A DNA stretch of 64,000 nucleotides, from contig CM035356.1 of NCBI GenBank assembly GCA_020137815.1, positions 992,001 through 1,056,000 of the forward strand. Direction: 5' to 3'. Both the position numbers and the translations under genes were made by a program. The notes beneath the pieces are model-generated. The model saw only the letters and a list, made by a program, of their open reading frames with translations, was not told where the DNA came from and did no database searches. The first letter of the stretch is position 1; the number at the start of each line of letters is the position of its first letter. Shown here piece by piece: positions 41,603-53,016 of this stretch. The DNA is from Hormiphora californensis. Its lineage: Eukaryota > Animalia > Ctenophora.

Positions 41603-43531
41603 TCATTCCAACACCCCTGCACCTGAGAAACCATATCCACTTAGAGTGATAAACTTTGGAACAGACTCTGGTTTAACAGTTATTGGATGACTGCATCGGT
41701 GGTGAATATATTCACTTGATATATCAAGTTTAGGTGAACAGCGTTCTTCCATAATTAGTAGTTCTAAGAAAATTCCAGTAAGTTTATTACAACCGATGAG
41801 GATAAGTTTCCTTAAATTCTTCAGACAAATAATAATGAATGCTAGCTCACTGTCTTGAATATCAGAGTCAAACAGAGTGAGGCTAGTCAAGGATTTACAG
41901 GTTGATAAAAAGCTAATATCCCTTCCATTCGCAGATATTTTGAGGTTTCGAACTTTTGACATCAGACGATATGCGTCGCGACCAGGAGCTTCAAAATCAG
42001 AGCAATTGAACTGAAACCCCAGATGATGTATCTTTGGGCACAGCCGCATTATTTCAGGGAGACATCTCTTCATGGAAATCCGAATGTTTGAATCTCCTAC
42101 AAATTTTTGAATGTTTGGCATTCGTGAGACAAGAGTTAATAACTCTGAAGATAAGTCAGGATTCGGCGTTATGGTTATGTAGTATTCCTCCAAGATTAAA
42201 TGTTTCAGCTTTGGAAAAACTGGCAGTTCATGAAGATTTCTTGATAATAGAAACTTGCAGGGAAGCGTTAGATTCTCTAGAGTAGTGCTAAAAGCGAAAA
42301 GAATCTCCAGTATTGTTTGGTTTTCGAGTCTGGCACAATCTTCTCTAAAAGAGATGCTCTCGATAGAGTTCCCTTGTAGTGAACTAACAATAGACTTTCC
42401 AGTTATGTTTAGGCACTGTCTAAAATAGAACTGTTTCAGTACGGGCATTCTGGATAGTAAATGTCCTAAAGATTCCTCCTCCAAACTTCTGCAGTTAGAG
42501 ATTTCAAGATACTTTAGGTTGTTGAAGTATGGCAAAGGAATCAGATCCAACTGAAATGGTCCTTTAACAACTAACCTCTCCAATGTTTCCGGCAGGCTTA
42601 GTAGAATATTGTTTAACTTCAGATATTTTTCTTCATGGATAGAACTTCTCAAAGTTGGAAAGCCTAAGGAAAGTTCACAAAGTGAAAGTTTCTTTAAAAT
42701 GCTGGCAAGATTTTCCATTGAGTTGAAATCTACCTCTTCTACATCGAGCTTCTGAAGAAAGGGCTGGTTTGAAATGATTTGACAAATTCGATCCGCATTA
42801 CCACTTTGGTAAGAATAGTAGGTTATACGAAGACTTTTCAGTGTTCTGGGCACGTAAACAGCAGCTGCGTGGGCGAAAGCTATGGACATTGTTTCACACC
42901 CCAAATACAGAGTCTTCAGATTCGGTAGCATGTTAAGAGCCGCTAAGGACTTCATTGAAATATCGCATTGTACGTCCTCCACAATTCCTTGAACGGTATT
43001 AATAGCTTCAGGAATGCGCTCTTCTGCACAAGTGATGCTTTTCGTACTGCTGTAGTTACCGAAATACAATGTACAGTAAGTGTCGACACTGTCGATTACA
43101 ATTGATCGAACCGACCCCAGAGCGTCTCTGGACAGCTTGTACCATAGCTTGCAGACCTTTCTACATTTTAGCAACTCAAGAGGGTCCAAGAAAGTAAATA
43201 TTTGAAGAATCACTTCGTCTGGTAGCTGATGAAGACTCGATTCTCCCTCAACCATCCTTTCTGTCGTGAAATCTGCAAATCGAGGAGTGTTTTGTTGAGA
43301 TTCATCTTGACTCTCGACACTGGAAGCAGTCCTATATTTTCGTGAATGCAACAATACCTTTGATAGTTCAGACCATGTTCTGGAAACAGCACGACAGTTC
43401 AGGAGATCAGGTGAGTCCAGATAGCGAAAAATGAACAGAAGAACTTCGTCCGGAACACAGTGGAAGGGAGACTCGTTAAATCGAGGTTTTTTACTGAGTG
43501 GCTCGGTAGTTTCATCGTCTATTTTTGACAT
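41603..43531 (-). CDS. Intronless double-F-box / LRR protein (642 aa)
   Basis: Two F-box motifs (FHCVPDEVLLFIFRYLDSPDLLNCRAVSRTW; LHQLPDEVILQIFTFLDPLELLKCRKVCKLW), N-terminal basic PLSKKPRF, then cysteine-containing LRRs (LKYLEISNCRSL, LKQFYFRQCLNITG, LRKLILIGCNKLTG). Confidence 0.93.
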   Translation of the reverse strand: MSKIDDETTEPLSKKPRFNESPFHCVPDEVLLFIFRYLDSPDLLNCRAVSRTWSELSKVLLHSRKYRTASSVESQDESQQNTPRFADFTTERMVEGESSLHQLPDEVILQIFTFLDPLELLKCRKVCKLWYKLSRDALGSVRSIVIDSVDTYCTLYFGNYSSTKSITCAEERIPEAINTVQGIVEDVQCDISMKSLAALNMLPNLKTLYLGCETMSIAFAHAAAVYVPRTLKSLRITYYSYQSGNADRICQIISNQPFLQKLDVEEVDFNSMENLASILKKLSLCELSLGFPTLRSSIHEEKYLKLNNILLSLPETLERLVVKGPFQLDLIPLPYFNNLKYLEISNCRSLEEESLGHLLSRMPVLKQFYFRQCLNITGKSIVSSLQGNSIESISFREDCARLENQTILEILFAFSTTLENLTLPCKFLLSRNLHELPVFPKLKHLILEEYYITITPNPDLSSELLTLVSRMPNIQKFVGDSNIRISMKRCLPEIMRLCPKIHHLGFQFNCSDFEAPGRDAYRLMSKVRNLKISANGRDISFLSTCKSLTSLTLFDSDIQDSELAFIIICLKNLRKLILIGCNKLTGIFLELLIMEERCSPKLDISSEYIHHRCSHPITVKPESVPKFITLSGYGFSGAGVLE

Positions 43532-43625
43532 CTTTCCAAATAGGAAGATTTGAAGAAGGTTAAATTGGGGTTGGTAGGGAGCCTTTATTTATGGGGTATG
43601 TGGGAAATTATTTGGAATACGCTAC

Positions 43626-44172
43626 GGTAAACGAGAACACATTTCCATTTAAAATGATAATCTGAATAATGAGTTCAGAGCAAGAATTAAATAGGGAAGA
43701 AAATCGAAAAATACTGGGTTTGACCGGGAATTGAACCAGGGACCTCCAGAGAGACATGCTCGGAGCTATAAACCACTAAGCTACCAAGGGCAGGAGCTTG
43801 AATATAGAGCGATGAAATGCGATCAGTACATAGGGTTTGGTAGCTTAGTGGTTTATAGCTCCGAGCATGTCTCTCTGGAGGTCCCTGGTTCAATTCCCGG
43901 TCAAACCCAGTATTTTTCGATTTTCTTCCCTATTTAATTCTTGCTCTGAACTCATTATTCAGAATACTAATTAATCTCTCCTTAACCGAGTTCATCCCGT
44001 GTATGTGTGAGATTCCCCATTAAACTGTTGTACAGAGGGCGTGTGTGTGTGTGTTGATCACCAGAAGGAGATATCAAAATTACTTCCTAAAATGATAATG
44101 ATGACAAACCCGGGATCAACTGTTATTTTCTTCTTTCCGGAGATATAGCAATAGAGACCAATTTCTAGTTTA
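43626..44172 (-). pseudogene. 3' remnant of another F-box/LRR copy, split by a tRNA-like insertion
   Basis: 43626-43661 and 44100-44172 match the last codons of the 54631 gene (GLYCYISGKKKITVDP...ILNGNVFSFT). Confidence 0.8.
43662..44087. mobile_element. Insertion with head-to-head tRNA-like inverted repeat (SINE-like) and 12-bp TSD
   Basis: TSD taaaatgataat at 43650-43661 and 44088-44099. Palindrome 43661-43963 with ~125-bp arms; tRNA-like unit 43833-43909 with A box (TAGCTTAGTGG) and B box (GGTTCAATTCC). Confidence 0.75.
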
Positions 44173-44185
44173 TATTTAATATATA

Positions 44186-44357
44186 CAGTCGGACCCCGAT
44201 TTAGGGACACCCTCGGGGGAAAGGCTCTTGTCCACTAAATCGGGGTGTCCACTAAATCGGGGTCAAATAAGGTTAATTTCCAATATCGGGGGAAAAAACT
44301 CCTGTCCCTAAATCGGGGTGCCACTAAATCGGGGGGCCCTAAATCGGGGTCCGACTG
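44186..44357. mobile_element. Same pogo-type MITE family
   Basis: ta|cagtcggaccccgatttaggg...ccctaaatcggggtccgactg|ta. Confidence 0.85.
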
Positions 44358-44362
44358 TATAT

Positions 44363-44608
44363 CGGGGTGTTCCGAGAGACTGATCCTAAACTGAGCCAAT
44401 ACACACAGCTAGAGCGGAGAGTTCCGCGGAGAGTTCCGTGCAGTGCAACACCATGACTTGTTGGTAGAGGCTAAATGTGTTGAGAGTTATAGTCAACCCC
44501 CATTGATTGTGAATTGTGACCCTGGTGATAGTGCAAACCATGACGGTAACTCTCCGCTAAAGCTGTGTGTATTGGCTCAATTTAGGATCAGTCTCTCGGA
44601 ACACCCCG
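44363..44608. mobile_element. Tc1/mariner-type MITE with ~60-bp TIRs
   Basis: cggggtgttccgagagactgatcctaaa... / ...tttaggatcagtctctcggaacaccccg in a TA context. Confidence 0.8.
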
Positions 44609-44629
44609 ATATATCTATCAAGTACCAAA

Positions 44630-45385
44630 TAACATTGTACTTCTCCAAGTTGACTGTGTTAAAAGCCATAGGACAAACATCACAAAAGTATGTTCTGTCA
44701 GAATGGTCGTCTCGAATTTGCTGATACAATTCGCTTTCTGATGACTTCCAAACTGAACAAGCCATGATTTTACACTCTAATATTCTAACACGTTTGATAC
44801 ACAGAATCATCCTGGTAGATTTTAGTGCGTTTTGAAAAGTAGCAGGTTCTTTAGGTACGGCTTGTTGGTGAATAACTTATTGACGTTGGGATAGGGGTGG
44901 ATTTGCAGTGCAGTGGCTGACTCAATTTTTTCTCCTTCACTCGAATCCTGTTTATTGAATTTCTCTCCTCCAATTTGGATAGGAACACCTGTAGGATGGA
45001 TTTGATGATAATTTTTGGAATCCAATTGTACTCAGAAACGATGATTTGATCACCCAACTGTATTCAGTATTCACAACCTTTGTAACCACAAATACTGAAA
45101 ATGTACGACTACTGAAGACTCGGTGATTATAATCTTCCATTCTTCAGTAGTCCAAAGTTCAAATATAAATATCACGCTCAAAACTCACCCCAATCTGAGG
45201 AAACCACATTTGATGGGACATCAGATATTGGGCAGGGAGTAAACATCTCAACTTTGATGCCATCTTCCACATGTATATATCGGCTCAGTTTTCAGGAAGG
45301 GAGGAATTTCAAACTTGCAACCACTTTTCGTGACAGATTTTTCTGGACTACCAGTTTTGGGTCTACTGGATTTTCTTTTTGCCAT
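44630..45385 (-). pseudogene. C2H2 zinc-finger pseudogene (frameshift in exon 1, 3' truncated)
   Basis: MAKRKSSRPK...FEIPPFLKTEP then a +1 shift at the atatata run (~45275). Exon 2 is homologous to the 45572 gene but breaks off after CDVCPMAF next to a MITE at 44363-44608. Confidence 0.8.
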
Positions 45386-45571
45386 CATACTTCCTGCATG
45401 GGAGAGATAAATTTCAAGAAAAAGCAGTATAATCTATTAGTGATTAGAGGGGTGTTGGGGGGGGGGGACTGGGATAAGAAACGACAACAAAGTTAACAAA
45501 AATGACAAAGTATTATAGAATACATTTCATGTGATCCTTTTCAATTTTACCAAAAATGTAATAATTTACAG

Positions 45572-47499
45572 CTAATTTTTCACTGAACACGATGCTTCAT
45601 GAAACTTTCTGTCTTTTTGTATCATAAATGATTCTCCGCAGACATTACAAGAAAACGGTTTTTCACCAGTGTGGGTCCTCATATGGCTCTTTAAATTACA
45701 CTTCATTGTAAACGCCTTGCCACACATGTCACATTTAAACCGCGGTCCTGTAGCGTGAACCAGTTTGTGTTTTTTATAATTACTTCTTGCAGCAAATGTA
45801 TTTCCACAGACCTCACATTTATAAGGCTTAACTCCACTATGTATCCGCTTGTGTTGAGTCAAATTGCATCTTACCTTGAAACTCATCGGACAAACATCAC
45901 ACTGGAACTTATTTCTTGGGTGTACAGTTTTAATGTGCTTATACAAGTCTGATTTAGGAAGTCGAACTCCACAGTTCTTTACACGGCACGAAACGATATT
46001 GCTATGAACAAAGATTTGATGTTGATGTAATCTATCTTCACGGGAAAAACGCCTTCCACACTCCTTACATTTGTAGGGCTTGTATTCACCGTGGTCGAGG
46101 TGGTGACGAGTAAGTGACGAAACATTTTGAAATGCCATGGGACAAACATCACAGAAGTGTTTTCTATCTGGATGCATGTCTCGAAAGTGCTGATACATTT
46201 CTTTATCGGATGACTTCAGAACTGAACAACCCTTGAGTTTACACTGCACTATTTTAGTTCGTTTGATACTCAGAATCATTCTGGACGATTTCCTGTTTAG
46301 CGCAACGATCTTAGTATGCATATATATATGTCGATCTAAAGTTCCTTTAGTGGAAAAGCTTTTTCCACACTCCTTACATTGGTGTGGTTTGTATCCACTA
46401 TGAACCAGATGGTGTTGAGTAAGATTCGAAACTCGAACAAAAGCCATGGGACAAACATCACACATGTGTTTTCTATCTGGATGGTCGTCTCGAATGTGCT
46501 GATACAATTCGGTCTCTGACGACTTCAAAACCGAACAAGCCTTGATTTTACACTCTAATATTTTAGCACGTTTGATACTCAGAATCATCCTGGTAGATTT
46601 TAGTGCGTTTTGAAAAGTAGCAGGTTCTTTAGTAAGTGATTGCAGAGGACGAAGTTGTTGGGAAGGAGGGGTATTTGCAGTGGTTGATTCCATTTCTTCT
46701 CCTTCACTCGAATCCTGTTCACTGAATATCTCCCCTTCAGTTTGGATCGTGACACCTGTAGGGTAGATATAATTGATGGCCGAAAGATCAAATCCAATCG
46801 AATCGACATTATTTGATGGCCCAATGATAGAATCGAATCGAATCAAATCGACATTTTTGGAAGCCCAAAGATCGAATCGAATCGAATTGAATTTTTTTCG
46901 ATAGCCTAAAGATCAAATCTAATCGAATCGAAATTTTTTTGATTACCCAAAGATCGGATTAAGATCAAATCGATGTTTGTTACTCACCCAAAGATCAAAT
47001 TGAGATCTAATCGAGAAAAATACATCAATCATCGCCGGTATTTTGAGCTGATTGACATTTTATCGCCTGAAGATCGAATCGAATCGAATCGAAATGTTTT
47101 TGATGATCCAAAGATTGAATCGAATCGAGTCGATATATTTTGAAGGCCCAAAGATCGAATCGAGATCAAATCGAAAGTTTTTGATGGTCCAAAGATTGAA
47201 TCGAATCGAATCGAATTTTTTTGAAGGCAAAAAGATCAAATCGAATCGACATTTTTTTTTGATGGTCCAAGGATCGAATCGATATATCGAATCGAAAAAT
47301 TTTGATCGTTCAATAAAGATCGCGATCGAATCTAGTAACAACAAGTATCGCCGGTTCCCACATACCATAAAGAATTGATGGTGAAATATCACGCTCAAGA
47401 CTAACCATAATCGGGGGAAACCACATTTGATGGGGCGTCAGATATTTGGCAGGGAGTAAACACTAAGTTACCAGATTTATCAGGTTTTTGGTGTGCCAT
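45572..47499 (-). CDS. Two-exon C2H2 zinc-finger protein (~425 aa, ~11 fingers including atypical C-x4-C/H-x4-H ones)
   Basis: Exon 1 47499-47406 (MAHQKPDKS...SPDY, donor gttagt); exon 2 46755-45572 (acceptor cctacag), phase 1. Linkers HSGYKP, HSGVKP, HTGEKP. The intron carries a GAATC-rich repeat element. Confidence 0.85.
46776..47352. repeat. GAATC/GATC-rich repeat element in a ZF intron; related inverted fragment at ~17440-17590
   Basis: Degenerate ~45-bp units (ccaaagatcgaatcgaatcg...ttttt); shared end aagtatcgccgg / ccggcgatactt. Confidence 0.75.
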
Positions 47500-47685
47500 G
47501 ATTGAGACTGCGAGATAAGAGAACTTTAAAGTATTGGCAATTGCATACACATCAAATGGGAGCAGGGAGGGGAGGGTTAAAATAAACAAGTCAATGGACA
47601 GAACATAAAAGAAGGGAATGTTTACAACTTGACATTTAACTACCATCAAAATTTTCTTTTCCCATCAAATCTCATACACAGAAAA

Positions 47686-49240
47686 CTAATACTCCTTTGC
47701 TGAACAATTAACCTCATGAAGACGTCTTTCATAGGCCCGTGTATATTTTTTACCACAAATATTGCAAGGAAATGGTTTCTCTCCAGTGTGAGTTCTGATG
47801 TGCCGCTTCAAACTACATGCTTGGGTAAATAATTTTCCACAGATCTCACATTCGAATGCACGCTCACCAGTATGAATCCTTTTGTGTTTGCTACAGTCAG
47901 ATGATGATGCAAACTTCTTACCACACTTCTCACAAGCAAATGGTTTAACTCCACTATGTATTCTCCGGTGAACATTTAAATTACCGATTATTTTGAAACT
48001 CATAGGGCAAATATCACACTGAAACTTATATCTTCGGTGTGCAGTTTCAATGTGCTTGTACAGCTCTGCTTTCGGTAATCGAACTCCGCAATTTTTCACA
48101 CAGCAGGGAACAATGATTTCGCTTCCATGAAGTCGCTGATGTCGATTTAGATCTTTTTTACGGACAAAACCTTTTCCACACTCCTTACATTTGTGTGGTT
48201 TGTATCCACTGTGAGCCAGATGGTGTTGAGTAAGATGCGAAAATGTCACAAAAGCCATGGGACAAACATCACAGATGTGTTTTCTATCTGCGTGGTCAAT
48301 TCGAATGTGCTCATACAAGTCATTCTCTGATCGTTTCAAGACCGGGCAATCCATAATTTTGCACGGAAACGTTAAAATTTCCTCATTTTTATCGACCAAA
48401 TCCATCGAAGTCTGTTTTCCTTCTTGATTGAATTTACTGCCAGAAGATTTTTGATGCAATAGGTTCGGTTTTTGAACTGTTATAGATTCACCGACAATAG
48501 ACCCTGGAAGTGGATTAATTCTAGCTCGTTTGTTAGTGGGTGCCTGGGAAGGTGCAGCTCTAAGAGTGGATTTTTCAGAAGCATGTGGAAGAATTTGTTG
48601 TTGCTGAGGAGAAGGAGGCAGGCTTGGTGATTTAGAATAGTGTTCCTCTCCGTCTGAGCCAAAACTATCGCCGTCTGAAAATGAAATGAAGAATTAAAAA
48701 TGAAAATGCTATGATTAGACAAAACAATCAGATGTGATGAATGGTATGCCCCTTCCCGAACTCACCCTTTTCAAAAGAGACATCAACCATTGGCGGAGCA
48801 GCGGAAATATCAGGAACTGAGTCATAGTAAAAAGGATCTAAACTCTCAATTTTAACAGAATTCACTGCCATTTCATCATCCAAACATCCAACCTCTGATC
48901 CCAGCGTTGTAGAACTCTCCCCTCGAATCTCAAGGACACCAGTTTGGGTACCAACTTCCACCAACATGGCTGTTTTAACAAGTCTGTACCCCGAATCCAG
49001 ACGGCCACTACCTGATATTCCACAACCATCACACATGAATAAAATGAGATTATCCTCTGTCCCTGAAGCTGTTACAATCTTGGAAACTAGACAGGGAGAG
49101 TATGTTGCAGGTTTGATGTCATCTTCCATGTAGATTGGTTCCGTTTTCAGAAGGGGAGGAATTTCAATCTTGCTACCAGTTTCCATGACAGGTTGTTCTG
49201 GACTACAAATGCTGGATCTTACAGTTTTTCTTTTTGCCAT
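47686..49240 (-). CDS. Two-exon C2H2 zinc-finger protein (~487 aa)
   Basis: Exon 1 49240-48766 (donor gtgagt), exon 2 48674-47686 (acceptor tttcag), in phase; ~8 fingers. Confidence 0.9.
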
Positions 49241-49460
49241 TATATCCTGTGGAAGAGAGACAATAATTAAACGAGGATTTGCCTATGTAAATCTAGGTGG
49301 GATATAGATGGTATCTTGACAAAAGAAATATTCATTTTTGAACAGGGGTCGGGGTGCTGACTGAGAAACAAGAGTAATAAAAATAATAAAAATAAAATAT
49401 ACAATTATTTCATAATATTCACATAATGAGTTTAACCCTTTACTTCCAATTTAACAAATT

Positions 49461-50748
49461 CTAACTTTTCACTGTACAGGAAGCCTCGTGATAATGTTTC
49501 TGGCTGTCTCTTTTAACTGATTGTCCACAGAAATTACAGGGAAATCGTTTCTCCCCATTGTGAATCTTCATGTGCCCCTTCAAGTGGCCTTTTTGGGTAA
49601 AAGATTTTCCACAGACCTCACATTTGAAACGCTCACCAGTATGAACCACTTGGTGTCTGCTACAGTCAGATGATTTTGAAAACTTCTTACCACACTTCTC
49701 ACATTTGTATGGTTTGTATCCACTATGAGTCAGAAGGTGTAGATTAAAATGCGAAATTTTCACAAAAGCAATCGGACAAATATCACAAAAGTGTTTTCTA
49801 TCAGGATGGTCGTCTCTAATGTGCTGATACAAGTCGTTCTCAGATCTCTTCAAGACCGGGCAATCCTTTATTTTGCACTTAAAGATTGGATTTACCTCAT
49901 TTCTATCGACCAAAGCCATCGAAGTATCTTTTCCTTCTTGATTGAATTTACTACCAGAAGATTTTTGACGCAATAGGTTCGGTTTTTGAACTGTTATAGA
50001 TTCACCAAAAGTAGACTCTGGAAGTGGATTAATTCTAGCTCGTTTGCTAGTGGTTACCCGGGAAGGTGTAGCTTTAGGAGTGGATTTTTCAGAAACATGT
50101 GGAAGAATTTGTTGTTGATGGTGAGAAGGAGGCAAACTTGATGATTTATAATAGTATTCCTCTCCGTCTGAGCCAAAACTATCGCCGTCTGAAAATAAAA
50201 TGAAGAATTAAAATTGAAAATGCTATGCTTAGACAAAACAATCAAATGTGATGAATGGTATGCCCCTTCCCGAACTCACCCTTTTCAAAAGAGACATCAA
50301 CCATTGGCGGAGCAGCGGAAATATCAGGAACTGAGTCATAGTAAAAAGGATCTAAACTCTCAATTTTAACAGAATCCACTGCCATTTCATCATCCAAACA
50401 TCCAACTTCTGATCCCAGCGTTGTAGAACTCTCCCCTCGAATCTCAAGGACACCAGTTTGGGTACCAACTTCCACCAACATAGCTGTTTTAACAAGTCTG
50501 TACCCCGAATCCAGACGGCCACTACCTGATATTCCACAACCATCGCATGTGAATAAAATGAGATTATCCTCTGTACCTGAAGCTGTTACAATCTTGGAAA
50601 CTAGACAGGATGAGTATGTTGCAGGTTTGATCTCATCTTCAATGTAGATTGGTTCGGTTTTCAGAAGGGGAGGAATTTCAAACTTGCTACCAGTTTCCAT
50701 GACAGGTTGTTCTGGACTACAAATACTGGCTCTTGTTTGTTTTGCCAT
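49461..50748 (-). CDS. Two-exon C2H2 zinc-finger protein (~398 aa), tandem duplicate
   Basis: Exon 1 50748-50280, exon 2 50188-49461; ~5 fingers; near-identical to the 50969-52256 copy (1508-bp unit). Confidence 0.9.
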
Positions 50749-50968
50749 TATATCCTGTGGAAGAGAGAAAATAATTAAACGAGGATTTGCCTATGTAAAT
50801 CTAGGTGGGATATAGATGGTATCTTGACAAAAGAAATATTCATTTTTGAACAGGGGTCGGGGTGCTGACTGAGAAACAAGAGTAATAAAAATAATAAAAA
50901 TAAAATATACAATTATTTCATAATATTCACATAATGAGTTTAACCCTTTACTTCCAATTTAACAAATT

Positions 50969-52256
50969 CTAACTTTTCACTGTACAGGAAGCCTCGTGAT
51001 AATGTTTCTGGCTGTCTCTTTTAAATGATTGTCCACAGAAATTACAGGGAAATCGTTTCTCCCCATTGTGAATCTTCATGTGCCCCTTCAAGTGGCCTTT
51101 TTGGGTAAAAGATTTTCCACAGACCTCACATTTGAAACGCTCACCAGTATGAACCACTTGGTGTCTGCTACAGTCAGATGATTTTGAAAACTTCTTACCA
51201 CACTTCTCACATTTGTATGGTTTGTATCCACTATGAGTCAGAAGGTGTAGATTAAAATGCGAAATTTTCACAAAAGCAATCGGACAAACATCACAGATGT
51301 GTTTTCTATCAGGATGGTCGTCTCTAATGTGCTGATACAAGTCGTTCTCAGATCTCTTCAAGACCGGACAATCCTTTATTTTGCACTTAAAGATTGGATT
51401 TGCCTCATTTTTATCGACCAAAGCCATCGAAGTCTGTTTTCCTTCTTGATTGAATTTACTGCCAGAAGATTTTTGACGCAATAGGTTCGGTTTTTGAACT
51501 GTTATAGATTCACCACAAGTAGACTCTGGAAGTGGATTAATTCTAGCTCGTTTGCTAGTGGTTGCCCGGGAAGGTGTAGCTTTAGGAGTGGATTTTTCAG
51601 AAGCATGTGGAAGAATTTGTTGTTGATGGTGAGAAGGAGGCAAACTTGATGATTTATAATAGTATTCCTCTCCGTCTGAGCCAAAACTATCGCCGTCTGA
51701 AAATAAAATGAAGAATTAAAATTGAAAATGCTATGCTTAGACAAAACAATCAAATGTGATGAATGGTATGCCCCTTCCCGAACTCACCCTTTTCAAAAGA
51801 GACATCAACCATTGGCGGAGCAGCGGAAATATCAGGAACTGAGTCATAGTAAAAAGGATCTAAACTCTCAATTTTAACAGAGTTCACTGCCATTTCATCA
51901 TCCAAACATCCAACCTCTGATCCCTGCGTTGTAGAACTCTCCCCTCGAATCTCGTGGACACCAGTTTGGGTACCAACTTCCACCAACATGGCTGTTTTAA
52001 CAAGTCTGTACCCCGAATCCAGACGGCCACTACCTGATATTCCACAACCATCACATCTGAATAAAATGAGATTATCCTCTGCCCCTGAAGCTGTTACAAT
52101 CTTAGATACTAGACAGGGAGAGTATGTTACAGGTTTGATGTCATCTTCCATGTAGATTGGTTCGGTTTTCAGAAGGGGAGGAATTTCAAACTTGCTACCA
52201 GTTTCCATGACAGGTTGTTCTGGACTACAAATGCTGGCTCTTGTTTGTTTTGCCAT
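50969..52256 (-). CDS. Two-exon C2H2 zinc-finger protein (~398 aa), tandem duplicate
   Basis: Exon 1 52256-51788 (FEK G|gtgagt), exon 2 51696-50969 (ttttcag|AC GGC GAT), 1197 nt in frame. Confidence 0.9.
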
Positions 52257-52493
52257 GATATCCTGTGTAGAAGAGACAATAATTAAACGAGGATTTTCCT
52301 ATGTAAATCTAGATGGGATAAAGATGGCATCTTGAGAAGAGAAATATTCATTTTTGAATAGGGGTCGGGGGGGGGGGGGGGCGACTGAGAATCAAAAGTA
52401 TGCAATGAAAATAATGAAAAGAAATATGTAACATACAATATTTCATAATATTAATATAATGAGTTTAACCCTTTACTTCCAATTTAACAAATG

Positions 52494-52906
52494 CTAATTT
52501 TTCACTGTAGTGGCTAGTAGTGGCTCGGTAGTTTCATCGTCTATTTTTTTCCCCGCCCGGTGAATGCCGAAGGCATTCACCCGGATGCCTTTTGTAAAAA
52601 GGCATAGGGGTTTAGAATTCGACAATTTTACATACTAGTGAAGTAACGTAACCCGCTCAGTTGCGAGGGACAACAGTGTTGCTCCTTCATCAAATACTTC
52701 AATGGCACGTTTTCAGGAAATTTGAGCCGCGCAATGTGGCACGCAATTTAGTGCTACTAAAACACAAAGATTTGTTCTATACGGTTTGAGTGATTCATAA
52801 ATGATCGGAAATGTCTGTTACGCCTTCACATTAGATGGTTATGAAAATAAAGGTTGGCGGGGAAACATAGCATTATGAAACATAATGCAGTTATTCTTGT
52901 TGACAT
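52494..52906 (-). pseudogene. Collapsed F-box-start / zinc-finger-end remnant interrupted by a Helentron-like element
   Basis: ATG TCA A at 52906, continued after the insertion by KIDDETTEPL (F-box start) fused to LATTVKN* (zinc-finger end). Flanked by the F-box-type upstream spacer and the ZF-type downstream spacer. Confidence 0.75.
52544..52901 (-). mobile_element. Second copy of the Helentron-like element, inserted in a T run
   Basis: Same terminal hairpin and aacaagaat end; splits gtctattttt / ttgacat of an F-box start. Confidence 0.65.
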
Positions 52907-53016
52907 CTTTCTAAATAAGAAGATTTGAGGAAGGTTAAATTGGGGTTGGTAGGGAACCTTTATCTATGGGGTATGTGGGAAATTATTCGGAATACGCTTC
53001 AAAAATAATAGGTTAC

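Noticed and set aside
43687-43937. Mirror-image 68-aa ORFs and a possible genuine tRNA
   Set aside because: The ORFs arise from the palindrome; the tRNA-like unit has a non-canonical anticodon arm and lies inside a TSD-flanked insertion.
40322-52612. Inverted hairpin motifs at 40.3 kb and 52.6 kb as TIRs of a 12-kb composite transposon carrying FBX/ZF genes
   Set aside because: Both are 3' ends of separate copies of a short Helentron-like element whose bodies extend outward; no shared TSD.
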